Below are positions 30,951 through 43,272 of a stretch of DNA of 64,000 bases, one piece after another; the stretch's first letter is position 1, and each line of letters starts with the position of its first letter. The translations under genes were made by a program, and so were the position numbers. The notes beneath the pieces were generated by a model. The model saw only the letters and a program-made list of their open reading frames with translations. It was not told the DNA's origin and did no database searches. This stretch comes from Eledone cirrhosa (taxonomy: Eukaryota): NCBI GenBank assembly GCA_964016885.1, contig OZ024748.1:29760001-29824000 (forward strand). Reading direction: 5' to 3'.

Positions 30951-32125
30951 CTATTGTTTATATATATATATATATATATATAGGGATTCTAGCGTCCAGT
31001 ACCACAACGAGCTTTTGATTCCAGAGTAGGGCTAGATCGATACAGATCGAACCTGGAGCTGATCAATAAACGTAATGTAGACATAACAAATCGTCCTTTT
31101 TATTATTATTATTATTATATATATATAGGCTTGGTAACTTTGGTATATAGGCTTGGTAACTTGTTGGAATAAGACGTGGTTTCTCGTATGTCCAGATTTG
31201 AAATTTTAATATTTTAAATCGACAGTAAATCGGATTTATGTATGGCTTTAATTTTTCAGAGGACAAGGAAAACATACAAAAAAGATAAGTTTTTGTGCTT
31301 TGACGCAATTATTTTGAAGTATATTTTACATATATTAGCGTTTTAAACATGTTTATTTTCACCGTGTGATACCTTCATAGGAGACAACACACACACGTGC
31401 TTTCTATTTTTCTTGACTACCATACAGAGCATACGTAATCTAATTTTAATTTAACTTAAATAGATCTTGTATTATTTTGATTTTTCTGAGTAACATAATT
31501 TAATTTAATATAATTTTATTTGTTTTTGACTCGGTGAGCATGTTTGTTTGTTGTTTCTTGTTTGATATGTTGATATTACAATAACTTTCGTCAATCTATA
31601 CGGTTCCCGTTATTTATATTTGTAAACAAACATTTAGATTCAACTTATATACAACTTACATCGTGTTTCTATATCTTTATGATTTCGGTTTCTTCCATTC
31701 ATTAATTTAATTTAAAATTTATTTTTATTTTTATTTCATGAACTGCTATTGCTCACGCTGTCTCTATCTCTCTCCTTCCTTCCTCTCTCTCTCTAGATCT
31801 ACGAGCTCTCTCCCTCTCTCTTTCTCTCTCTAAATCGCACCTTGAATTTCTCACCGGACATATCTATCTCCTCTCTCTCCCTCTGACCTTTCCCCCACTC
31901 TTCCCGCTATCTCTCTCGCTCCTCTCTTCTGTCTCTCTCCCCCTTTTCTTTTCTTTTCTTCTGTTTCTTTTTCTCTCTCTCTCTCTGGATCGCACAAGCT
32001 CTCTCTCTGTTTTCCCCTAGATCGCTCCTTCAATATCTCACTGGACTTATATCTCCCTCCCTCTGTCCCTCTCTAACCTCTACCCTACACTTCCCACTGT
32101 CTCTCTTTCTCCCCTCCACAGCGAA

Positions 32126-33064
32126 ATGGACTGCATGCAGGAAAAAGGTGAAATTAGGAGTCAACGAAACTGGTCAAAGATGGAACTAGCGGTTTTGATC
32201 AAGGGGTGGACCATGGCTGATGGGTCTCCACCAAGCAAAAAGATGGCGGAGAACCTGAAGAGCCATGGGTTTCTGAGGAGCCTGGCACAGATAGAGAGAA
32301 AGAGAAAAGAAATTGAGAAGGCGTATGTCCTCATAGCACCACATATGGCGATGCTAAGCCGTGTCCTCAGGGAGGAGAAAACCGAAGAGAGGGATGAGGA
32401 GAAAGAGAAGGAAAAGGAAAAAGAAAAGGAGGAGAGCACAAGCACGGACCTGAAAGAAAATGATATACCCTCCGCCACAGGCAGGGAGGGCAGGCCGGGC
32501 AACCAACAACCTAAGGGCAAAGGTGAAAAGCGAAATCACCTTCCGAAGGAGAACCAAGCGCAGAGGGACCAGTGGACAACTGTTCAAAGGAAGAACAGAA
32601 AGCACCGAGACACTGGGAGCAAAATAACCCAAGTAATGTGCAAGTTTTTCAAGAACGGGACATGCTGGCATGGAGAGACAGGGATGGGATGCAGATTCGC
32701 CCACCCTAGGTCTCAAACGAACTATGCCCATCTTACTCGCGCAACATGCCCCAGCCAAAGCCGAAATAAGCCGCTCCAGAAGTATGCTGATGTCGCGCGT
32801 GCTGCACCAACAAGGAGAAGGCACGCACATGCCGACGAGATACAGATGGCAGCAGCAGAGCAGAAAAATTTTTTAGTGATGGCAGAGAAGATTGTGGGAC
32901 AGCTGACCTGGCTGCATCGTCTCCAGAGCCAGGATCATCCACACCAGCACTCGAGACCACCACAGTTAAGGGACCCAGAGTGGCCGCCGCTGACAGCAGA
33001 CCAGGTGTCATACCGACAGCCATTACTGGCACCCCAAAAGTCACACCAGTGCTGCTGCTGCTGA
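32126..33064 (+). CDS. LINE ORF1: Myb/SANT(trihelix)-like N-terminus, E/K-rich segment and CCCH zinc finger
   Basis: NWSKMELAVLIKGW...MAENLKSHGFLRSLAQIERKRKEIEKAY and CKFFKNGTCWHGETGMGCRFAH. Confidence 0.8.
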   Translation: MDCMQEKGEIRSQRNWSKMELAVLIKGWTMADGSPPSKKMAENLKSHGFLRSLAQIERKRKEIEKAYVLIAPHMAMLSRVLREEKTEERDEEKEKEKEKEKEESTSTDLKENDIPSATGREGRPGNQQPKGKGEKRNHLPKENQAQRDQWTTVQRKNRKHRDTGSKITQVMCKFFKNGTCWHGETGMGCRFAHPRSQTNYAHLTRATCPSQSRNKPLQKYADVARAAPTRRRHAHADEIQMAAAEQKNFLVMAEKIVGQLTWLHRLQSQDHPHQHSRPPQLRDPEWPPLTADQVSYRQPLLAPQKSHQCCCC

Positions 33065-35993
33065 ATGTCAGAGGCCTGGTGAAACTCAGTAACATGAGTA
33101 AAATTTCCTACCTGGGAGACTTAGCCATAAGCAATCAAGCACTATGCATGGCACTAACCGAAACACACCTGACAAGTAGTATAGCAGATGCAGAAATACA
33201 TATACCGAAATATACTGTATTTCGTTCGGACAGGAAGGAGAGAACTCATGGTGGGGTTGCTCTGTATATCCGTGAAGATGTCACACCAATTGTACTGTTG
33301 ACACATTCAAACTCAGTCTGTGACACACTGATAGTACATATGAAGCAACTACAGACAGTAATATGTGTCACATATCGGCCGCCCGATGCCCCCAGTCATG
33401 AGGGTAAATTTGAGGATAGCCTAAGTAGGATAGAAGAGGTCCTTGACAAACTGGACCAGGGTCTCAACATCCTACTGCTGGGAGACTTCAACCTACCAAA
33501 GGTCAAATGGCCTGCGGGCCACCTCCTCCCTGGAATGACGTCAATAGAACAGAGACAGACGGAATCCCTGCTGGCCCTCACACACAGGCTGTTCATGGAG
33601 CAAGAGGCGAAAATGTCCTGGACCTGTTTTACAAACAACGAAGTGCTCATCCACAATGTAAAGGTGACACAAACAATTCTCTCGGATCATAACTTAGTAG
33701 AGCTAATGATATGTGGTCCAAGAGAACCAACAGAGACAAAACCACCAAGAAGCTCCGGGACGCTATCCAGCCTTAACTTCTACAAGGCTAACTGGAAAAA
33801 GATTAAGAGAGAAATCCGGAAGCAAACATGGAGTGAAAACACCGCCACACAAGACACTAACACACAATTTCAACACTTCATGACAACGATACACACTATA
33901 TGCAAACAGTTTGTCCCGGAGAAAGAGGCAAACAGACACAAAAATTTTATTCCCAGAGATAGGAAAATCCTTATGAGACGTAGAACTAAACTCTCAAACC
34001 AGTTGAATAGTCAACAAAACAAAAACAAGAAGGAATCCTATTTGAAACGTGCACTACTTGACACCGAGATTGCACTCAAACTTTCACATGAGAATGAGAG
34101 GGCAAAGAAAGAGAACAGGGCCATAGAAAACATTAAAACAAACCCTAAGGCCTTCTTTAAATTTGCAAAAGAAACTGCCTCAGTACATTGCAAGATTGGA
34201 CCACTCTTCCATACAGACGGTTCATTAACCGAAAATCCCCAAGAGATATGTGAAATACTGAACGAACAGTACAAAAGTGTGTTCACATGTCCACTGAGGC
34301 ACATGCAAATAACGAAACCAGAGGAGTTCTTTGATGCCACAACACTACATCAAGAAATGGCAACCATCAACCACATAGACATAACGGAAGAGGATGTGGT
34401 GTACGCCATTGATGAAATTAGAACAGACTCGGCTGCTGGACCTGATGGATTCCCAGCAGTTCTCTTAAAAATATGTAAGCGGGCCTTAACAACTCCACTG
34501 AAGATGCTCTTCAGAAGCTCCTTGGCTAGCGGTGTACTACCCAGGGAGCTGAAAGAAGGCACAATATGTCCTATCCATAAAGGAGGTAGCAGAGCGGAGG
34601 CCAAAAACTATAGGCCAATCTCTCTGACGTCGCATATCAGTAAGGTCATGGAGCGAGTCGTCAGAAAGAAACTGATCACTTTCCTCGAGGAAAATGACCT
34701 CCTGACTAGCACGCAACATGGCTTCCGCCCAGGAAGAAGCTGCCTTACACAGCTGCTACATCACTACGACTGGGTACTGAGACAACTACTAGACAGCTCA
34801 CATGTGGACGTGATATATCTTGACTTTGCGAAGGCCTTTGACAAGGTCGACCACGGAATGATATGTCACAAACTACACGGACTCGGCATAACTGGAAAAG
34901 TAGGTGAGTGGCTGCATGGCTTCCTAAGGGACAGAAGCCAGGCAGTCGCAGCAAATGGGGCCCTCTCGAGGGAAACAATAACAAGTGGGGTGCCCCAGGG
35001 GACAGTCCTGGGACCACTACTGTTTTTGGTGGCTCTCTCAGACATGCCCTCTGTAGTGCATACAACAACATCCCTCACTAGCTATGCTGATGACACTAAG
35101 GTAGCACAGGCAATCAAAAACCCGGCTGACGCTGCCCTTTTACAGCAGGATCTGGATGCCATATACAAATGGGCGGAAGAAAACAACATGCAGTTTAATG
35201 CTGGCAAATTCCAAGCCCTACAATACAAACCTGCAAACACAAATATAGTGGAACACAACTACACAGACCAGGAGGGACCGATATCCCCGTGTCAAAATCG
35301 ATAGGAGACCTGGGCATAGACATGAGCGATGATGCATCTTTTTCTTCACACATCATGAAAGTGGCGACAAAGTGTAGACAACTCGCTGGCTGGATCTTGA
35401 GGACTTTCCGGACAAGAGATCGAGACACCATGTTGACACTATGGAGGACATTTGTCCTAAGCCGCCTGGACTACTGTTCCCAGTTGTGGTCACCCCATAG
35501 TGTCAAACTAACCACGGAGCTTGAGGCAATCCAGCGAAGCTACACCAAGAGGATTGCCAAGATGAGGGAGACAAGCTACTGGGAGAGGCTAAAGGAACTG
35601 AACCTCTACTCCTTGGAGCGAAGACGGGAGAGATACGCAGTGATCTACATGTGTAAAATCCTGGAGGGACTAGCACCAAACTTTGGCATTGGGAGCTGGA
35701 CCAACCGTCGAACAGGACGTCACTGTGTGGTGCCAAAGGTCCCGTCTTCCACATCTAGAATAAGGAGCAGGTATTGCAATAGCCTGGGATTCAAGGGCCC
35801 TCAACTCTTCAACAGGCTGCCGTGGGATCTGAGAGACTTGCATGACGTGGAGGTGGATGTCTTCAAGAAACATCTCGACACCTTGTTATCCAGGATCCCG
35901 GATGAGCCCACAGCAAGACACGAGGGAAACCTAAGGGCAGCAGCAACAAACTCCCTCTTACACCAGTGGCCAACCTATACAGGCTGGAGATAA
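32980..35993 (+). pseudogene. LINE ORF2 (APE endonuclease and reverse transcriptase), disrupted
   Basis: LNVRG, LTETHL, LLGDFN, SDHN; NYRPISL, YLDFAKAFD, YADD. One-base shift at about 35267 and a local lesion at about 33600-33630, where RGENVLDL is displaced to another frame. Confidence 0.9.
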
Positions 35994-36063
35994 AATGTGT
36001 AGCAACAAGGGCGGTGCCCCAGCATGGCCTCAGCCGGATGGCTGAAACAGGTAAAAGAGTAAA

Positions 36064-36162
<99 letters not shown>

Positions 36163-36306
36163 AATTGGAAACAGCATGGAAAATATATTTAAAGGATATG
36201 TTTTTCTTTCTTTTTCTTCTTTGATACGACAAAGTGACATTATTGAAAAAACGAGAGGAACAATTTTTTTAAAAAAGGAGTTTTATAATGTATATAAAAT
36301 TTATAA

Positions 36307-36354
36307 AATATAACCGGTTTCGATGTATCGGTGTAATCCATCTTATCAAATGTT
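36307..36354 (-). ncRNA. Minimal hammerhead, U3-A8 variant
   Basis: Minus strand AACAT-TTGATAA-GATG...CATC-GAAAC CG GTT-ATATT, with palindromic stem III AACCGGTT. Confidence 0.7.
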
Positions 36355-36403
36355 GAATATTATAATTAAAAATAATTAAACAGAATTGCTGGCAGGAAGG
36401 TAT

Positions 36404-36446
36404 ACGTTGCTGACGATAGCTAATAAGCTTGAAACTAGTACAGCGT
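36404..36446 (+). ncRNA. Minimal hammerhead, canonical core
   Basis: ACGTTG-CTGACGA-T AGCT aata AGCT T-GAAAC TA GTA-CAGCGT. Confidence 0.82.
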
Positions 36447-36796
36447 TCCTTTGTCAGTGTTGAACAAACGAGCAACGATGGTTGCTGGACACTACGGCTT
36501 AATACGGGATGTTTGTTTACAAACACACCGAGCATTATAATAAATGTTCGGTAAATCCATACGTACATATATATATATATGTGTGCATGTATGTATATAT
36601 ATATACATACTACTGTACGTCTGTATACATATATGTATGTACGTGTACATACTTATATTTAAGTAACAGCCGTACTAAGAGTGGGAAATGAAATTTCGTT
36701 TCATTTTTTCCGTTTGAAAATAACAAATTTAACATTAAGTATTGAGAAGACTGGGTCTAAAATGGAACCTTATATATATAGAGAGAGAGGTTGTCA

Positions 36797-36869
<73 letters not shown>

Positions 36870-37132
36870 GGTGGTAGTTGTGTCTTTTCACAGGACAAAA
36901 TTATTTTGAAGAAAAGGAATTTTTCTGTATATATGTGTGTATCTCAATTGTGTTAAAGAACTAGCCAAGGTGGGGTGGCGAAGATGGGAAATGTAAGCTA
37001 GAGGGGAGAGAGGTATATAAGATTGTCAAAGAAATTCTATTTTAGAAATATGGTTTTAGAGGGTATGACGGTATATGTGTGAGTCTGTATGTAAATATAT
37101 ATATATATACGTGTGTGTGTGTGTATGTGTGT

Positions 37133-37174
<42 letters not shown>

Positions 37175-37489
37175 GTGTATGTAAGCTTTAGTTTGTTTGC
37201 CACAGGTCTTTCTGTGGTGGATAATTAAAAATACAGAGTATAGTATTAGTGATGGCTTTCAATCAGGAATTAGGAAAGGGGTTATTTTGGGAAAATATGT
37301 GTATGAATAATTTCATTTTTATTTCGTGGTGTGTGTGTGTGATAGAGAGAGTATGTGTGTGTGTGTATATATATATGTATATATATATATATACACTTAA
37401 TATATTCCTTCCATATACTGTACCGATTGTGTTGTTATTTCTGTTTTTCTTTTAGATACATACACACACACACACACACATATATATAT

Positions 37490-37727
37490 AGGGCGGGTAA
37501 AATTCCCGAGATCCATGGACAAATTCTCTCCAGCGGTCTCTGTCCCTCATTATCGCTGCCATGTCCTGCATCTCCAACAGACTAGTGTCTATCATTAGGG
37601 CATCAACATATGTTAACCTCGGTCTTCCTCTTCCAGCGTGTCCATGCAGGGGCTCCCACAGGAGAACTGAGTGCAGTGTCAACTCTGGATGTCGGTGAGC
37701 ATGTCCAGCTAACCTCAGTCTCCTCTG
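37490..37727 (-). mobile_element. RTE-like LINE 3' fragment
   Basis: QRRLRLAGHAHRH...LLWEP..G..GRGRPRLTYVD. Confidence 0.8.
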
Positions 37728-40075
37728 TGTATATATATACATACACGTGTATGTATGCAAATGTATCGATCTGTCTGTATATGTATATGTGCTTAATCAA
37801 TATATATATACATGTATATACGTGTGTGTGTGTGTGTCTTATTGTAAGTGTAATGGGATCAAAAGAAAATTGACTGGAATATGGTGAAAAATATTAACAA
37901 AGCTGGAATCTATGAAAAATGTATCAACTCCACACCACTAATCTTACCTCGTAAATTCCAAATAAAACCCATAACTTAGACTAATAGAAAACTTAGACTA
38001 ATAGAATACATCTCCAATGACACCAACACTGAAGACGAATCAATTGTTAAAAATAAAAGTGATTTCTGCCCACAGAAAAGAAGGAACAAAGCACTGGACA
38101 CCTACTGCGAATGCATCATCAAATTTCCCTATGAAAAAATTGCAAATAAACACACGAAATCGAATCTCTCTAAATACGAATGGAAAGAATTATTCGCACT
38201 TCCAGATAACACTGAAATAACCCCCAAAGAAGCCGATAAAGGGAGCACTGTGGTCATTATGGACTCTATAGGGACCTGGCACTGTGGTCATTATGGACAC
38301 TATAGAGACTTGGCACTTAAAATCTTAGACGACAACAAATATTACGAAAAAATCCCAGAAAACTAGAAACAAACTAAATCAATGGGGAATCTCCTAGCAT
38401 TACTACAAAAACATCGCAATAGCCTAACCACAAATGAATTTGAATACATAAGCAATTTCAAATACAAAACAAGTACTTTTTACGGCTTGCCGAAGATTCA
38501 CAAATGTAAACTAATAAATGGTGCATGTGACACTTCGACTAACAAATACATACAATTAACACCACCAGAAAACATAAAACTCAGCGTGTCAAACCCACAG
38601 TCTTAGCAACGTCCTGGACATTCTACTAAAGCCCTTCCTAAAACATATATAGAGTTACATACAGGATGACCTCGATATGCTAAACCACCTACCTAAAACA
38701 GTAAGTGAGGACACAATACTTGTCTTCTTTGACGTAGCAAACCTTTACACTAACATACCCCATAACTATGGAATAACAACAATCCAGTTTTGGCTAGACA
38801 CTCACCAATCTGAAATACCAACAAAAACTTTATTGTTGACGGACTCCGATTTAGCTTACAGAATAATTATTTTACTTTCAATGGTCCAACATACCGACAA
38901 ATCTCAGGTACTGCAATCAGTACAAAGGTAGCCCTCACATACGCCAGCTTAGTTATGGGATTCCATGAACAACAAATCTACAATCAATCCCTTCTATTAT
39001 TCGGAGACTCTTTCCTTACACATCTCAAAAATAATTGGAAGAGATACCTAAACGATAACTTTATACTATGGTAAGAAAACATGAAAACACTCACTCTTTT
39101 CAAAAATATGATAAACAACATAAACAATAACATACAATTCACAATGTAATTCAACTCCAAGGAATTAGCCTTCTTGGATATCCTTATTTTAAAAACAGAT
39201 GGGAAAATAGAAACAGAACAGTACCTCCTCTTCACATCAAGTCACCCAAGACATACAAAACATAACATTCCTTTTAACTTATCCAAACGTATATGCACCA
39301 TAGTATCAAACCCAACTAAACGGGAACAAAGATTAAATGAACTAAAAAACACATTTACCTTAAGACCCTTCCCATTTGACATAATTAATAACGGAATAGA
39401 CAAAGAAAAACACGTAAATTTTCATCACCTTAACAATCCAAAGCACAGAACCACAAACAATACCTTACCTTTTTTATCCACATTCAACCCCAGAAAGACA
39501 GAAATGTTCGACCACCTACTCAAAAACCTCCCCATTTTATTTAAAGATGAAAAAATGGAAAAGATCCGAGAAACACATAAGATCATTAAAAGTAAAAGGC
39601 AACCCAAATCACTAAAACACATTCTCACTGGAACAAATATCTCTTCAAACCTATGGTAACAAACCAATCTTCAAACCTATGGTAACAAAACGCGGAAGGA
39701 CAAACTGTGACACATGCCTATACTTAATTAAAGAACAAAAATTCACATTTAAAGATGGCTAAACTTTCACAGTGAAAAACAACTTCACTTGCAACTCAGA
39801 GAACCTGATCTACGTAATCACATGCGATGGATGTCGACATAACTATATAGGACAGACGGGTGTGTCATTCATTACGCAAAAGAATGACCATCCATCGCCA
39901 ACGAATCCGAGACGTAAACACAAGAAAAAAATCCCCTTAAGTAGCCACATTGCAGATTGTGCAGGAATGACTCTACCCAACTTTAAAATCTTCCCCTGTT
40001 TACAAGTGCCCTGATTCTTTCACACAACAACAAAGAATAAATAAAGAAAAACTATTTCTTAGCAGATTTAAACCA

Positions 40076-40335
40076 ATGTCTGTATGTCTGGCTGCCTGCT
40101 GCCTCCGGTTATTCTGCTACCCTGCTCAAGACAAATCTCACACTCATTCCCCAAACAGTTGGTAAGTTCACACAACTTCTTCCTTACGTTTTAAGCCACA
40201 GTGTTGCTTGCTTACTTACGTACCACCAGGCCCTTAATTCTTTGCCAGCCGTGGTTGTGGCAATACTAAGCTTAGCTAAGGCGGTTATATATTTCACAAT
40301 ACCTTATCCCGTGCAACGCCGGGTACCACTGCTAG
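40076..40335 (+). mobile_element. Non-autonomous Helitron 3' portion nested in the PLE
   Basis: GC hairpin CCCGTGCAACGCCGGG (40308-40323), 8 nt, then CTAG followed by T. Confidence 0.65.
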
Positions 40336-40977
40336 TTAAGGATACATTTTTAAATGCTAAATTGGATGATTTGTACTCTTGATATTGTATGCCTTTATCT
40401 CCTCAATTGAACTATGTTGTGTCTTGGACGATGTGTCTTGAGTGCCTCACTGATAATACTTCCACCTATATTGAATTTTTTTCAATTTTTTTTTTACTTT
40501 GAAGGCTTGATGATTGTATATATTTACTCCCCACAACATTAACTCCTTTGGACGTTTTGGAAAAAGATTGTAATTATGACTGAATTATGTAGTCGAACTT
40601 ATAGTCTTGCACCTGTCTGCAATCCCTGGGCTATGCTACACGTGCATCTAACCTTTTAGAATATATTTCTTAAGATATATTTAAAAAATATATATTCTTG
40701 AAATTTATATTTGTTATACATGCTTTCATTTATTAACTTTCTTACCTATTTATAATATATAATTTTCACTGTACTTAATTTATCTGTAACAACATGCTTT
40801 TAAATTTTTTATTGCATTTATCTGCTCCTATTTTTCATATGTTTTTTCCGCCTCAGTTACCTTATATAAATTCTGATATAAATTTTGATGCTTACGGGTA
40901 TCTAACCTCTCATATTATGTATTCTCCAATTGTTCTCGTGACAAAGTTTTGATCTTATATTTGTGTTGGACTTTTGT

Positions 40978-41031
40978 AATCAACTCCGATTAACCCGGCC
41001 TTGTGCTAGGATGAAACGATCGTCAGTGATT
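40978..41031 (+). ncRNA. Decayed PLE hammerhead
   Basis: AATCA(A)CT-CCGATTA-stem II-GAAAC GATC GTC-AGTGATT. A deleted paralog lies at about 13456-13545. Confidence 0.6.
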
Positions 41032-41191
41032 AAATGTTTGAAAGATTAAACACTCTTTGATTTTCATTTACATTGTATCTCGGCTCTGTATTATACTCGT
41101 TATTTTATATTGAGCTATTTTCATACTTGTAACTGAGTAATATTCATTATTACCCACCATACATATATATTTATATATAGCTATACTTATG

Positions 41192-41246
<55 letters not shown>

Positions 41247-41336
41247 CGAAGGAAGTGTGGTAAGGAACCGGATGGACCATAACGCACCAGAGTACTCAAT
41301 ACTTAGGGTAGTAGAGTGGGTAATAGGAAAATGTTT

Positions 41337-41435
41337 AACCCCGACGGCAGAGCTCAAGCCGTTTCGGCGGCTACTTCTGGACTAAATTAGAATTTTTAGC
41401 GGGGTAATAAATAGCCGAACTTTTCAAGGAAGATT
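41337..41435 (-). ncRNA. Hammerhead-like motif, U3-A8 core (TTGAAAA), long stem II
   Basis: Minus strand TTCC-TTGAAAA-G..CGGCTATTT...AAGTAGCCG.C-GAAAC GGC...GCC GTC-GGGG. Confidence 0.62.
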
Positions 41436-41479
41436 GTAGTTGTCAAAAAGATTGGTCAAAATTTCTTGTAAACACAATT

Positions 41480-41571
41480 AAATCTTTCATGGCAGTGGGT
41501 GCGGGGTGGGGGTGGCTGAACTAGCCTGTAGTTCAGCCACCCCCACCCCCACCCACTGCCATGAAAGATTT
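41480..41571. repeat. Near-perfect GC-rich hairpin of 92 bp
   Basis: AAATCTTTCATGGCAGTGGGTG(C)GGGGTGGGGGTGGCTGAACTA gcctg TAGTTCAGCCACCCCCACCCCCACCCACTGCCATGAAAGATTT. Confidence 0.9.
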
Positions 41572-42305
41572 GAATTAACAAACCACTTGAAACTGCATTA
41601 GCAAGACCTTTGAAATTAACAAACCCGTTTTAAAACATTTTCTGCTAAATCATTACAAGATGGGAAACGTTTATCCAGAAATTCTATCATTTCTGCCAAA
41701 ATACCGGCCGACTTTTGCCTGGAATATTGACAAAGAAAACATGGTCAACAGCCAACGACATGCTGTTATCGGAATAAGTCGGTAACAGCAATACTAACAT
41801 ATCTCCAAGCAGGCTACTAGCAGAATATGTTCAACTTATTTTAATAACAACACCGCATTTATCTAGAAGTAAGAGAGACAAAATAGCTGAATGAATATTC
41901 CTATCTGTTATTCATTCTGTTTTCTGTTATTTAGACTGCGGCCATCTTTGAAAGGATATCATCGATCATATCGACCACAATGCTTATATTTTTCAAATCT
42001 GCTACTTATTCTAAAGATAAACGTGAAATTAACTGGGAACTTAACAGATCCGTGTAACGATAATGTAATTATTAAGGAGATTCAATGTGACACAGTACAT
42101 GATAATGTTGGTCTGAATTACAGAAATAGTCTAGCCGGCGGGCTTCCAAACGGTTTCCGTCTACTCAATTTTACTCACGGGGTATGGGTAAACCCGAAGC
42201 ATGGGTCAACTCAGCGTTGGACTTACCTTAGGGTTACACACCCTCAGGGACTTCAATTTTTTTAAATATATTTTTATTTTATCATCAGTTTTTATTAAAA
42301 TAAAA

Positions 42306-42354
<49 letters not shown>

Positions 42355-42747
42355 CATATACACATATATACACACACACATATATATATACACACACACA
42401 TACACTCCGATTAAAATGAGCCTATACATCCTTTTCCCTACATACATGGGAAGAACACACAGGATAATGGTGTCCCAGATCCCACCGAGCACCAACATTT
42501 GGTGGATCCAGGGTGTCTTTTTGGAGGACGGTGAAGAGACCATCATCACTGTAAAGAAATCAACCAGGTATAATTGGAATGGCACCTCGGTGGTACTCCT
42601 GGTCCAAATGAAACCAGAAAGAATTTCGAAGATACCCGAAAGATTAGCTGTTCATAACAGCCATGTTATCAAATAGTGAGTGTGTTTTATTATTATTTCT
42701 GGCAATATTGTTACAATATGACCCTCTCCAAATATAACAATATAACA

Positions 42748-42778
<31 letters not shown>

Positions 42779-43200
42779 CGTGTGTCTGTTACTACTAGTG
42801 GTTTACAGCTACGCTTCACACAGGATTTAGGCACAGAACGAAAACCTGTTGATAACATGAGTCCCCGTTTCGGTCTTCAACTACCACAAACTTTGATATT
42901 GCGCAAGTAGGGTTCTTGATTTTGGATTTATAGAAACCAATCCAGGATATTGCATAATACCCCTCTATAGGGTCCAGGTTTGTTATTTAACCTGATTGTA
43001 TTTTCGTTGTTTTGGCGACTTCTGTCCCCTAGCCGCAGTTTTCAATTGTTGACACTATCTAACGTATGTTACTTACTCTAAGGGGTAGCCTATCGATTTA
43101 TCGATACATTCTTATTGAGTGCTTCGTACAAACCTAACCTGAATTGTTACTTCGTGGGTTTGGCGAACTGCCATAACTTCGATTTTACTAACCTTTCACT

Positions 43201-43272
<72 letters not shown>

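Larger units (their letters stand above)
31750..36066 (+). mobile_element. Near full-length CR1/L2-group LINE
   Basis: CT-rich 5' region, ORF1, ORF2 (APE-RT), and a short 3' UTR ending GTAAAAGA GTAAAAGA then (TA)n. Confidence 0.9.
37860..41100 (+). mobile_element. Decayed Penelope-like element (RT, GIY-YIG and 3' region with HHR remnant)
   Basis: ADKGSTVVIMD, FYGLPKIHK, FFDVANLYTNIP, HPRHTKHNIP, NLIYVITCDGC..NYIGQTG, with many stops and shifts. Confidence 0.85.
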
